From assembly GCF_964204645.1 (NCBI RefSeq), contig NC_134033.1:888131-952130 (forward strand): 64,000 bases of DNA. Reading direction: 5' to 3'. Positions within the stretch are counted from its first letter, which is position 1; each line of letters starts with the position of its first letter. A model generated the notes under the pieces. The model did not search any database. It was not told the DNA's origin and worked only from the letters and a program-made list of their open reading frames with translations. Shown here piece after piece: positions 38,101 through 52,600 of the stretch. The translations under genes were made by a program, and so were the position numbers. This DNA is from Tubulanus polymorphus (taxonomy: Eukaryota; Animalia; Nemertea).

Positions 38101-41100
38101 CTGTCGTTCCCTAAACAACCCGGAACTCGTAGTAACAACGACTGACTGATTCAGACTAAATTTGAGTAGGTCCCGGCCTCACTAGTCACCGACTGTCGAA
38201 GTGTCTGCGAAGTCACTGGGTCTGGAGTGAGTGAGGTCCCCCTAAAGTGTGTGTACCTGAGGACATGAAAATGAAACATAATGAATGAATTCTTATCTTT
38301 TTTACCAATATCAAAATTCGTACATTTAGAATCATCGCGGCTTTAAAGACTTTATCAATTGAAGGAATAGTTCACTGTAAATAAAGAATTAGCGATTGAA
38401 TTGAGCCCGCTCCACAGTAAAATAGCGCGATCAATTCAATCTCGACCGTCTAGTGCTGCTGCTATATATAACGATAGCGTGGAAAACGTGAACTAACATA
38501 ATACTCGCTTGCCAGAGTCATCGAACGGCAGGTGTGGACGAACTAATTACCGATTTGCGGGCCGGATTCCGAGGAAAATTCTCAAACTCTGAAAACTGCT
38601 CTGAAACGTTCGAACCAAACAATTTTTCTATAAAAGAATGAGCTTTAAAAGAGTTAATTTGAATCGGGGTATTTCTAGTATGGTCTGGGAGAGAGCGATA
38701 GGTGTTTGTATGTTCCCTGTTTATTTGCGCGCAAATAGACTTTATCGAAGAAAAAATATGGACATTTTGTCAATTCTGATGATAAATTATCATTAAAAAA
38801 TGAAAATGAATAATTTATTCAGTATACAAATACTATATTAATTGATAAGTAAGTGAATTTTAGCTAAAAAGAATTAAATATGTTACCTAAAAAATAAGGA
38901 AATATCATACAAAATTCAGAACGTATTCATAGTATCATATTTAATCAGAATTAGACGACACACTGGTCCGTATTGTACGTAATAAGGACATTTAAATTCC
39001 GGCGGTAAATATGCGCTATTTTAGTTCGCAGAAATTCCGCTATCGTTATTCATAGGGGCAGCACTGTACGGTAAATACTTAACTCAGCCTCACGATCTTA
39101 CTGTGGCATGCGAGCAATACAGATATTTTTCTTAGCCGAATTTCGTTGATTATCTAATACGATTCCATTGTATATGAATAATTCTACTATCGTTTAAGGT
39201 TTTTCGAAGGGGATCATCTTTTTAAAACGAATTTTAAACCATTTTTGATAGAACTCTTTTGTCTGCGGAATGTATTAGCATCCGGTAAAGCGGTAGGCTC
39301 ACATGCCAAAGGAAGAACTTCAAGCAAATTAAACTTTATTCTCTAAAATAGTGCATTCAACTACCACTAACACTGTAACCAGAAATAATGCTCGGAAACT
39401 ATTAAAGAATAATGCTTAAGAGTAAATTTGAAGTCAAGTTCTCCCAATATGTGTTCGTTTGTTTGTTTATCCCCCCGGTGAGTTCTAACACTGCCCACAC
39501 ATATTTATCCAGTTCATCTGATCCTGATCATCAAACTCAAAAAGTCAATAATTCCATCCTAATGATGACAAACATCCTAAAAGATATAAAAGAAACTTAA
39601 TAGATTTGATGCCACCAATCAGTTATACACAGTTAGAGTTAAGTCTAGTTACCGGTGTATCAGAGAAATGGCAATCTAAGGTAGGCTACTCCCAAAATGA
39701 GTGTCAGGGGTCAAATATTTTTTGTCTCCGATTTTGATGAAATTCCGTTCAGACATGTATTAAGGGGTGCTGATCGCAAATCTGAACGAATTTTCCGGAT
39801 CCGAGGCAAAATATGCACCCCAAAAATGGGGTACAAAGTCAAAATTTTTTTTTGGCCCAATTTTAATGAAACTTAGTGCAGACATGTTTTTTTGGGGTGC
39901 TGATTACAAATATGAGGTTAGATTTTGGATCCGAGGCAACCAAAATGAGATATTCAGGATTTCGTGTATTGACCCCCTTAATTTCGTCACAAATTTTGAT
40001 GAAATTTGCCTGGGAAATTCGGTCCAAAAAAGAATTTTATTCAATGATGTCAAATATTCAATTAATTTTTAAGGTAGAAATTGATGCTCTTACTAAAACC
40101 CTGAATTATAATTCCTGCAACACAATTACAGGCTGCTTCAAATAACCACATTGACAATTCTTATGAAATGCAGTAAACAGTGTTTACAGATAAACTGCTT
40201 TCTCATAATTGTTTTGGAAACTTATAAGAAATTCTACTCACACACTCACTAGCCCTTGTCTAGCAGTAATGGTAGTCCACCGAGTTCCACAAATCCACAT
40301 ACAGAGTTCCACACCTCCTGGAGTCCACCACAGCCTGTTTTTTATGAGTATCAATCCGCTTTAGTCCGGTTAGTTGACTAAATAGTCCAGTTAGTTCACA
40401 AATAGTCTGGTAAGTTCACGTATAGTCCAGTTAGTTCACTAATAGTCTGGTTAGTTGACTAGTAGTCCAGTTAGTTGACTAGTAGTCCGGAAGAAGTTGA
40501 CTGAAGAAGTAAAACTGTGATAAATTTCAGTTGAAGTCCACCACGTCCAGTATTCATGATGAAGTTTACACACGACAGCCCGACAGAGGAAATGCTGAAA
40601 TATAAAATTGAAATTACATTAACAGGAAGACTGACTGAGAGGTTGGGGGAGGATGGGGTGATGAGGTTGTGGGAAGATGGGGTGAGAGGTTGGTGGAGGA
40701 TGGGTGAAAAGGGAAGCAAAACAGTACAATTACTCTGACAAAGTAAAGGCTGAGGCAAAGTTTTCAGCAGTTTTCAGCACGACACTGTATTAACAGATTC
40801 TCGTTTTACACAAGAGCCCAGCCTGTGGCAGTGGGAGAAAGCTGGTGTAACTAACTGGTCGAGTCAGCTGGTCTTAACCTGCTGAACAAGATGTGGTGCC
40901 GGAGGAAGTTGAAGGTGAAACTATCGCCTGCACCATGTGCAATGCAAGCGGCTAGGGTAGTGCGGCCCGTGTAGGCTAGAAAGTGGTTATTGACACCGAG
41001 TGAGGTCCCTGTTAGTCTAGTACCTAGCCGTCGTTCCCTAAACAACCCGGAACTCGTAGTAACAATGACTGACTGATTCAGACTAAATTTGAGTAGGTCC

Positions 41101-43920
41101 CGGCCTCACTAGTCACCGACTGTCGAAGTGTCTGCGAAGTCACTGGGTCTGGAGTGAGTGAGGTCCCCCTAAAGTGTGTGTACCTGAGGACATGAAAATG
41201 AAACATCATGAATGAATTCTTATCTTTTTTACCAATATCAAAATTCGTACATTTAGAATCATCGCGGCTTTAAAGTCTTTATCAATTGAAGGAATAGTTC
41301 ACTGTAAATAAAGAATTAGCGATTGAATTGAGCCCGCTCCACAGTAAAAATAGTGCGATCTAATCTTGACCATCTAGTGCTGCCCCTATGTATAACGATA
41401 GCGTAGAAAACGTGAACTAACATAATACTCGCTTGCCAGAGTCTTCGAACGGCCGTAGTGGACGAACTAATTACCGATTTGCGGGCCGGATTCCGAGGAA
41501 ATTTCTCAAACTCTGAAAACTGCTCTGAAACGTCTGGCCAAACAATTTTTCTATGAAAGAATAAGCCTTGAAAGAGTACTTTTGAATCGGGGTATTTCTA
41601 GTATGGTCTGGGAGAGAGCGACAGGTGTTTGTATGTTCCCTGATTATTTCTGCGCAATTAGAATATATCGAAGAAAAAATATGGACATTTTGTCAATTTT
41701 ATCATTCAAAAATGTAAACGAATAAGTTATTCTGTATATAAATACTACATTAATTGATAGGTAAGTGAATTTTAGCTAAAAGAATTAAATATGTTACCTA
41801 AAAAATTAGGAAATATCATACAAAATTCAGAACGTTTTCATAGTATCATATTCAATCAGAATTAGGCGCCACACTGGTCCGTATTGTACGTAATAAGGAA
41901 ATTTAAATTCCGGCGGTAAATATTCGCTACTATTTTAGTTCACAGAAATTCCGCTACCGTAATTCATAGGGGCAGCACTGTACGGTAGATATCTAACTCG
42001 GCCTCGCTATCTTACTGTGGAATGCGAGTAATAAAGATATTTTTCTTAGCCGAATTTCGTTCAATGTTTAATACGATTCCATTGTATATGAATAATTCTA
42101 CTGTCGTTTAAGGTTTTTTGAAGGGGATCATCTTTTTAAAACGAATTTCAAACCATTTTTGATAGAACTCTTTTGTCAGCGGAATGTATTAGCATCCGGT
42201 AAAGCGATAGGTTCACATGCCAAAGGAAGAATTCTGAGCAAATTAAATTTTATTCTCTAAAATAGTGCATTCAACTACCACTATACTGTAACCAGAAAAA
42301 ATGCTTTGAAACTATTAAAGGAACAACTTTCTATGAAAGAATTAGGCTTAAGAGTAAATTTGAATCGGGGATATTCCTAGTTTCGTCCGGGAGAGAACGA
42401 CAGGTTCTAGATGCCACACAGTTTTTTTTCAGTTGCCCTGTTTTTAGTTCAAAAGCAAATCGGTAGTGTCACATATTTAGTCCTCGTAAAGTTCACTATA
42501 ACTGACGTCAAGTTCTCCCAATATTTGTTCGATTGTTTGTCTATCCTCTCGGTGAGTTCTAACGCTTGCCAACATCCAGTTCGATGTAGTCCTGATCAAC
42601 AAACAAAAATGTCAATATATAGTTCCTAATGATGACAAACATCCTAAAAACAGACATGACAGTCATTTTGGCCAAATTTTCATCTTCAGGAAATATGTGG
42701 TAATGTATTCTGATGGTGAAGAGTAAGAAGTGAATGGTGATTGTGACCAATTCTTGCTAAACCATTCCAAATTTAGACACATTACTTAGAGCTTCAAATT
42801 TCCACTCAGCAAAATTGATCCAAGATGGTTTAGATATCGTCATACATGTATAGATCCCTCCAGTAGTGTATAGTAAAGTATCTGTATATTTTGTCAATAA
42901 CTTTCATGTCACCAATGTTTTCAAAATGTTTTTATTTCTATCTCGATTAACAAAATTATTTTTCCCCATTTACCATGTAAATGGTAGGCGAGTAATGGAA
43001 TTATCTTGGCGATCTGGTTTTAACTACTCTTCTGTTCAAAATGGTTTTAGCATTATATTTTTTTTTCACTTTAAACATTTCAACCAGTTCACCATAGATC
43101 AACAAGGGAGAGGAAATTCAGGATAAGCTCTATAGAGAAGGGAGGTGCTTGGGGTCTATATCCCGAAGTGCTGGAGTTACATCTTCTTTCTTCACTTTTC
43201 CAAGATAAAACCAATGAATAAAAAGAAATTCATGGGGTTGGATCATTCATAGCTATTGGATTTTATCCTCTTTCATTCATTTTTCACCTTCTGCTGTTCA
43301 CAAATAAAATCCCGTTTTGAGAACAAAAATCCAAATGAACAAACAACAAATATCAAACAATCATAAAAGGTCATGTTTTTCCAAATGAATTTAAACATAT
43401 AAATACATCTCTATCTACATTTTTAGAACACACGTGTTTATATGTAATCGTGTTCAAAATTATATACACTCTAACTCTTCAAATGAAAATGAAAACATAC
43501 AAAGTTTACATGACTTAATTAGACTTTGCCTGTTTAACATATTATAAAAATGAGATCATATGAAATCGCAAGTAGCTATTTATTATCACTGCTAGTTTCT
43601 ATTTAATAGATTGAATACATAACCCGAGTAACCATCATCAGTATCAGTGCAAATCACAAAATACTGATAAAATCTTCCAACAAAATCACCCTCACGATTT
43701 TTATAAGTTTTATCTTTGTAACGTAGACAAACCTGGACTGTGAAAAACTGGAATGTTTCAGAAATCATCAAATTTTTCCCTTTACGGTTTTAATATAATT
43801 ATACAACAGTTTATCAAGATCTTTCTGTACCACAAGAAAAATCACACAAAATTCATCGTATATTTCCACATCAAATACTTCTATTTTATCGCTTGAACAA
43901 CCTGAGTTATTATATATCAG

Positions 43921-44028
<108 letters not shown>

Positions 44029-45169
44029 TATGAAAATATCTAGTGGCACTGAATGCAATTCACAAAATAGTAACATTTTTCAACAAAATCACCTCACTGT
44101 TCTATATCTTATTCTTGTAACCTAAACCATATTCCTATGCGGACTTTCGTAACCTGACCTCGAAACCTTAACTGAGGAAAATTCTTATAACAAGAAAAAC
44201 GGGAATGTTTCATAATCACAAAAATCATCATAGTACTTCCGCATTTAAATCTATTTATGCCACACCACTGGAAAAACAGGAATATTTCAAAATCATCAGA
44301 TTTCTTCCTTCATGGTTTAACACTGTTTAACACAGTATCTAAATCTATTTGTTTCACAAAAAAGTTTCCTATATTTTCACGCACAACAGTTTATCAAAAT
44401 CTGTATCAAAATTTCTTTCAATGATTATTCCATTTCTTCATTTTACAGTTTTAATCGTATATCGCTGTGTTTATCAGAATTTTTGTCAACTCTTTTCTTA
44501 CAGCTACAAAACATTTTTCGACCAACACAAACTTCACACAAGTAATTCATAATCTCCTTTTCAATGAAATATCTATACCATAGATTTCTATAGTCTATTC
44601 AAAATTTCTATTACTCTATCTAGGTTTCTTCATTTTTCAGCAGTTTTTCACCGATCGACTCAAGAATTAAAGTCAATCAACTTCGATCAAACATTAAAGA
44701 TTATTTGATAGATATTCAACCACACTAAAACAACATGAAACGCTTTAAATCAATCTCTTGAATAGAATCGTATTCATAATTCGACAATTCAGTTTTTTTT
44801 TCAGTTATTCACTTATCAATCAATACTTACCTTTTCTATGTCCAGTCCATCATAATAAATATTCTAACTTCTAAAATTTACTGATTTACAATTCAATTAT
44901 TCACCAAATATCCTAACAATCTCTGAACTCAAATTATTGACAGATTAACAGTTCAGTAATTCATCTACGTTTGTCTAAATCCTATTTCAGTGACTTATCA
45001 AATATCACATATAAACCTGCACTAGATTATTCTAAACTTGACTCGACTGTTAACTACCTGGTATTCGATTTATGTTTGTATTATTCAAATCTGTTAACTC
45101 AACTGCTTCTTCACAATATTCTTTTCTAATTGTCTAAGATATTTATGCCTTATTTTCTTAGAAATTTTT

Positions 45170-45600
45170 TTTTCTTTTCTCACAATAATATATCTTTTCT
45201 TTTCTTACAATAATATATCTTTTCTTTTCTCACAATAATATATCTTTTCTTTTCCTACAATAATATATCTTTTCTTTTCTTACAATAATATATCTTTTCT
45301 TTTCTCACAATAATATATCTTTTCCTTTCTTACAATAATATATCTTTTCTTTTCTTACAATAATATATCTTTTCTTTTCTTACAATAATATATCTTTTCT
45401 TTTCTTACAATAATATATCTTTTCTTTTCTTACAATAATATATCTTTTCTTTTCTTACAATAATATATCTTTTCTTTTCTTACAATAATATATCTTTTCT
45501 TTTCTTACAATAATATATCTTTTCTTTTCTTACAATTTATTTTTTCTTTTCCTACAATAATAATATATTTTTTCTTTTCTTACAATAATATATTTTTTCG
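45170..45600. repeat. 25-bp AT-rich minisatellite
   Basis: TACAATAATATATCTTTTCTTTTCT tandem. Confidence 0.9.
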
Positions 45601-46619
45601 ATAATTCAAGCTTTAATGTTATCTTTTAGGTTTCTCAAAATATGTTTTATGTTTAACATATCTCTCTTTATGTTTCCTACAATTTATTTTCTAATCATCT
45701 AAAATATCAATCCAAGTTTTTTTTTTTTCGAATACAAATATTTTTCAACCACTAAAATCCTATAGTCGTCGTTGCTGAAGTTGTCGTCATCGTCGATGAA
45801 GCGTTTACGAATTTTAAAACGAGTCTAATTACGCGAAGTAACCAAACGTAGTAACGAACGAACGAACGAGGCGATTCAGCTCCTTTAACTCCTTCCACTA
45901 CCCGATTACACAACGTACACTTTCAACCAAATTTTTCTTTCTGGAAAATATCTCGAGATCGCAAGCGAGAAGGAACGCTAGCGAGTTATTTGTGCACTGG
46001 AACGTTTGTGATTCGACCTGTTTCGTTATTACTCGCGATCGTGACGTATTGGACTATATACGACAGCCCTATGACAGATAGCGGGTTACTGAATCTACGA
46101 CGGATAGCGGGTTACTGAATCTACGACGGATAGCGGGTTACTGGATCCATGACAGATAGCGGGTTACTGGATCCATGACAGATAGCGGGTTACTGGATCC
46201 ACCACAGATAGCGGGTTACTGGATCCACGACAGATAGCGGGTTACTTGATCCTTGGTGTCTCAACTCAGTTCGTCTCGTTTCTTTGTTACTGATGAACAT
46301 GACGTATTGTATCATATAAGCCTTTTCGCTGTGGGTATCATTCAACTTTCATACTCGATATCGCATTGTATGAGACGGTCCCGTAAGACTGGATAGCATA
46401 GCAGGTGACTCTCACGCATTTATATCAGATAGTCTCTTGACTGATAACAGCAAACCTGATGTTTCGATAGATCGAATTGTTTCTATGTTACTTTACATCG
46501 CAACATTGATGTTTTGTAATCACATTGGTTTGGTACATTTTTTTCTGAATGCGATTTTTCACACTGTTCGGCACATCCTGCTTTACAGTTCATATCATAA
46601 CAGCAGCAAATTGTAGAAA

Positions 46620-49600
46620 CTGAAAAACAACAAAATAATCAAAACATAAATATAGATTTCAATCCAATCAAAATGTTACAAATCTATAAAGTAATTCGAA
46701 TACAAGGAATTATGAGAAAGAAATATTTACCTGATTTGCTTGAGTTGTTTGTCCAGTTGATGGAACTGATAGCGATACCGTCCACGAGACGCAACTGATA
46801 GCGATACCGTCCACGAGACGCAACTGATAGCGATACCGTCCACGAGATGCAACTGATAGCGATACTTTCCACGAGATGCAACTGATAGCAATATAGTGGA
46901 TTTTGATTGATCAGATTTGTTCACACTGTACGACGTTGTTTTTGCGAAGCAGTGTTTTCCGGTTCATAGTAACAACAGCAAATTGGAGAAACTGAAATAA
47001 AACAAAATATAAATACAGATTTCAAACACATCAAAATATTACACAAAACTACAAATTTTAAAGTGAGAAGTGATGAGAAAGATAATTACCTGATTTGCTT
47101 GAGTTGTTTGCCCAGTTGACCGTTGAATGTTGGTGGAGTAATAAGACTGAATGACTCCAAGATAGAATTGACATTAGATCTGACCATTGAGTCGACATTT
47201 AGCCGAGAGTAGCGTTGACCGCAGTTTGAGTTGACAGTACTGAGTTGATCGCAGGGTTAGATGACCACCGCGCGTTGACGGTAAATGATAGCAGTGCCAG
47301 TCGATCGCGTGGTGAGTTGACAGTAGATTCAGTTGACCACTGCGCGTTGACGGTAAATGATAGCAGAGCCAGTTTATCACGCGGTGAGTTGACAGTAGAT
47401 TCAGTTGACCACCGCGCGTTGACGGTAAATGATAGCAGTGCCAGTCGATCGCGTGGTGAGTTGACAGTAGATTCAGTTGACCACTGCGCGTTGACAGTAA
47501 ATGATAGCAGAGCGAATCAATCGATAGCACGGAGTTGATCACTGACATTAGATCTTACCGGTATTGAGCAAGTTGACAACTGAACGTGTGGTCATAGAGT
47601 GGATGTTGTATCAGGAGTTAACGGAGCCAATTAGTTGTTACTATGGTTACTATTGTTGTCCATCATTGCCATTCCCGTTGTTGTCGTCATCGTCGTTGTT
47701 GATTTACAATATATATTTTTTTCTTACAATATATTTTTTTTTCTTACATAATTTTTTTTCTTACATGATTTTTTTTCTTTCATTACACAAACGTTTTTTT
47801 CCCTTGTTCGAACCCGAGTCGACTGAAATGTCGAACAATAAATAATCGTATAACATCGAGATTTTTCATAATTTATTTTGATGAAGTCACATGAGACTTG
47901 AAATAATGTTTACAGGTTCGGTCCCTGAAGATACACATTATTTCTACTAAACTGAAAAGTGTTAAAGATTTTATCATTTCTAAACACTTCGGGTTCTTTT
48001 GAACCGAGCATCAAATGCAAAACATGGAAACTAAAACATACATGATTCCATGAATAAGAAACTCCTTTTAGGATTTTACTTTGATGACAATAAATTTCAC
48101 AAAAACTTCCCAACAAATTTTCCAAAGTTGAGAAGTTCGATATCAGGTTCAGTTTATGAAGTTATGAATAAGACATAACTTCATAACTGTTGTAGTTTTC
48201 GCTGAAAATGAAAGTATTTGATACCAAAAATAGCAGATTTTGATATCACACAAAACTTGGTAATTTTATAGTGACAGGTTCGGTCCCTGTAAGCAGAGAA
48301 ATGTTAGAGATTTCTCCTTAAAATTTTTTTACTTGTTCAAAACCAGCATCGAATACAAAACATGGAAACTAAAAAGAAATTCCAACAGGAAAATCCTTTC
48401 AGTTTCAATAATTCGATGACGATATCTGTAAGAAAAACGAATGCCAAATTTCAGAAGTTCAATATCAGGTCCAGATCATGAAAATCTGTGAATAAGACTT
48501 AACTGATACTGTAGTCGTTTTTTTGCTAAAAATGAAAGTAATTTGACGTCAAAAAATGGCAATTTAATCAAAAATGATGACGAAATTATCCAGATTTAGA
48601 GAGCATTTTGACTGTTGCTCAACGTTGTTTAAAGTTCACCATCTGGCTCATTGGTAAGAGTAAACCAGATATAATAATCTGTGCAGTTTCAGGTTCGATT
48701 CCTGATGACAATTTCTGAAATTCGAAAAATTTCACAAAGTGTTTCCAACGTAGACACGAGATTTTATTCGCGTGTTTCACTTGAGCTTTTCATTTCAATA
48801 AAAATAGGATTCTATTCAGGTAAAATTCCCGAATAATGAATGCCTCAAAATAATTTGGTCGTTTTTCAAAAGGCAATTCATTGGAAATCATAGAAGTTTC
48901 CTTTGTTAAGTTCAGCTTCGTGAGTTCGAAGACTCAAATAATCAAATCTTTCAACTAGAATTAGTAATTAGTACATTGCTTACGCATGATTTAACTTTTT
49001 GTGTTAAATCTGAACTCAGAACCCTATAGAACTGCGTCCTGCCGTTTAGTAATACATCATTATCATCCAGAATGATTTATCCATTTACAGGTTCAAATCC
49101 TGTTGGCAAGAAAATTGAATTAGGCAAATAACTGAGATTCCATATTTAAATTCTGAAGGAAATGATAGTTTCACGGATCATGGATCAATTTGGTCTCGAT
49201 TTCAAAGATTTGATAGACAATTTTGATATTTCAATATGGAACATTTGATCTCAATTTCATAGGATTGAGACGCACATTTGATCATTTTGGTCTCAATTTC
49301 ACAGATTTGATATCCAAAATTCTTTGAGTATCAATTTCTCTTGAGTATCGACTTTGCGCTTCGACTGTCCCATATCATAACAGCAGCAAATTGTAGAAAC
49401 TGAAAAACAACAAAATAATCAAAATATAAATATAGATTTCAATCCAATCAAAATGTAACAAATCTATAAAGTAATTCGAATACAAGGAATTATGAGAAAG
49501 AAATATTTACCTGATTTGCTTGAGTTGTTTGTCCAGTTGATGGAACTAATAGCGATACTGTCCACGAGACGCAACTGATAGCGATACCGTCCACGAGACG

Positions 49601-52600
49601 CAACTGATAGCGATACCGTCCACGAGACGCAACTGATAGCGATACCGTCCACGAGACGCAACTGATAGCGATACCGTCCACGAGACGCAACTGATAGCGA
49701 TACCGTCCACGAGATGCAACTGATAGCGATACTGTCCACGAGACGCAACTGATAGCGATACCGTCCACGAGACGCAACTGATAGCGATACTGTCCACGAG
49801 ATGCAACTGATAGCAATACTGTCCACGAGATGCAACTGATAGCGATACTGTCCACGAGAATCAACTGATAGCGATACTGTCCACGAGACGCAACTGATAG
49901 CGATACTGTCCACGAGATGCAACTGATAGCGATACTGTCCACGAGACGCAACTGATAGCGATACTGTCCACGAGAAGCAACTGATAGCGATACTGTCCAC
50001 GAGATGCAACTGATAGCGATACTGTCCACGAGATGCAACTGATAGCAATATAGTGGATTTTGATTGATCAGATTTGTTCACACTGTACGACGTTGTTTTT
50101 GCGAAGCAGTGTTTTCCGGTTCATAGTAACAACAGCAAATTGGAGAAACTGAAATAAAACAAAATATAAATACAGATTTCAAACACATCAAAATATTACA
50201 CAAAACTACAAATTTTAAAGTGAGAAGTGATGAGAAAGATAATTACCTGATTTGCTTTAGTTGTTTGCCCAGTTGACCGTTGAATGTTGGTGGAGTAATA
50301 AGACTGAATGACTCCAAGATAGAGTTGACATTAGATCTGACCATTGAGTCAACATTTAGCCGAGAGTAGCGTTGACCGCAGTTTGAGTTGACAGTACTGA
50401 GTTGATCGCAGGGTTAGATGACCACCGCGCGTTGACGGTAAATGATAGCAGAGCCAGTTTATCACGCGGTGAGTTGACATTAGGTTCAGTTGACCGGCGC
50501 GCGTTGACGGTAAATGATAGCAGAGCCAGTTTATTACGCGGTGAGTTGACATTAGGTTCAGTTGACCACCGCGCGTTGACGGTAAATGATAGCAGAGCCA
50601 GTTTATCACGACGTGAGTTGACATTAGGTTCAGTTGACCGGCGCGCGTTGACGGTAAATGATAGCAGAGCCAGTTTATTACGCGGTGAGTTGACATTAGG
50701 TTCAGTTGACCACCGCGCGTTGACGGTAAATGATAGCAGTGCCAGTTTATCACGCGGTGAGTTGACATTAGGTTCAGTTGACCACCGCGCGTTGACGGTA
50801 AATGATAGCGGTGCCAGTCGATCGCTACTTTAATCAAAACGTAAACGTAAACGATCATAAGCGGAATATCGCGATGGTGATGAAGCGTTTACGAATTTTA
50901 AAACGAGTCTAATTACGCGAAGTAACCAAACGTAGTAACGAACGAACGAACGAACGAACGAACGAACGAACGAACGAACGAACGAACGAACGAACGAGGT
51001 GATTCAGCTCTTTTAACTCCTTCCACTACCCGATTACACAACGTACACTTTCAACCAAATTTTTCTTTCTGGAAAATATCTCGAGATCGCAAGCGAGTAA
51101 TTTGTGCACTGGAACGTTTGTGATTCGACCTGTTTCATTATTACTCGCGATCGTGACGTATTGGACTATATACGACAGCCCTATGACAGATAGCGGGTTA
51201 CTGAATCTACGACGGATAGCGGGTTACTGGATCCATGACATATAGCAGGTTATTGGATCCATGACAGATAGCGGGTTACTGGATCCACGACAGATAGCGG
51301 GTTACTTGATCCTTGGTGTCTCAACTCAGTTCGTCTCGTTTCTTTGTTACTGATGAACATGACGTATTGTATCATATAAGCCTTTTCGCTGTGGGTATCA
51401 TTCAACTTTCATACTCGATATCGCATTGTATGAGACGGTCCCGTAAGACTGGATAGCATAGCAGGTGACTCTCACGCATTTATATCAGATAGTCTCTTGA
51501 CTGATAACAGCAAACCTGATGTTTCGATAGATCGAATTGTTTCCATGTTACTTTACATCGCAAGATTGATGTTTTGTAATCACATTGGTTTGGTACATTT
51601 TTTTCTGAATGCGATTTTTCACACTGTTCGGCACATCCTGCTTTACAGTTCATATCATAACAGCAGCAAATTGTAGAAACTGAAAAACAACAAAATAATC
51701 AAAATATAAATTTCAATCCGATCAAAATATTACAAAGCTACAAAGTAATTCGAATACAAGGAATTATGAGAAAGAAATATTTACCTGATTTGCTTGAGTT
51801 GTTTGTCCAGTTGATGGAACTGATAGCGATACTGTCCACGAGACGCAACTGATAGCGATACCGTCCACGAGACGCAACTGATAGCGATACCGTCCACGAG
51901 ACGCAACTGATAGCATACTGTCCACGACACGCAACTGATAGCGATACCGTCCACGAGAAGCAACTGATAGCGATACTGTCCACGAGATGCAACTGATAGC
52001 GATACCGTCCACAAGACGCAACTGATAGCGATACTGTCCACGAGACGCAACTGATAGCGATACCGTCCACGAGAAGCAACTGATAGCGATACTGTCCACG
52101 AGATGCAACTGATAGCGATACTGTCCACGAGATGCAACTGATAGCGATACTGTCCACGAGATGCAACTGATAGCGATACCGTCCACGAGATGCAACTGAT
52201 AGCGATACTGTCCACGAGATGCAACTGATAGCGATACCGTCCACGAGATGCAACTGATAGCAATATAGTGGATTTTGATTGATCAGATTTGTTCACACTG
52301 TACGACGTTGTTTTTGCGAAGCAGTGTTTTCCGGTTCATAGTAACAACAGCAAATTGGAGAAACTGAAATAAAACAAAATATAAATACAGATTTCAAACA
52401 CATCAAAATATTACACAAAACTACAAATTTTAAAGTGAGAAGTGATGAGAAAGATAATTACCTGATTTGCTTGAGTTGTTTGCCCAGTTGACCGTTGAAT
52501 GTTGGTGGAGTAATAAGACTGAATGACTCCAAGATAGAGTTGACATTAGATCTTACCATTGAGTCAACATTTAGCCGAGAGTAGCGTTGACCGCAGTTTG

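Larger units (their letters stand above)
28990..42650. repeat. Tandem segmental array, four ~3.4-3.5 kb units
   Basis: Anchor AAATGAGTGTCAGGGGTC recurs at ~29262, ~32789, ~36265, ~39696, and identical short ORFs recur in the track. Each unit has a ~20-bp VNTR (TAGTCCGGTTAGTTGACTAG), a ~23-bp G-rich VNTR and two inverted-repeat elements. Confidence 0.95.
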
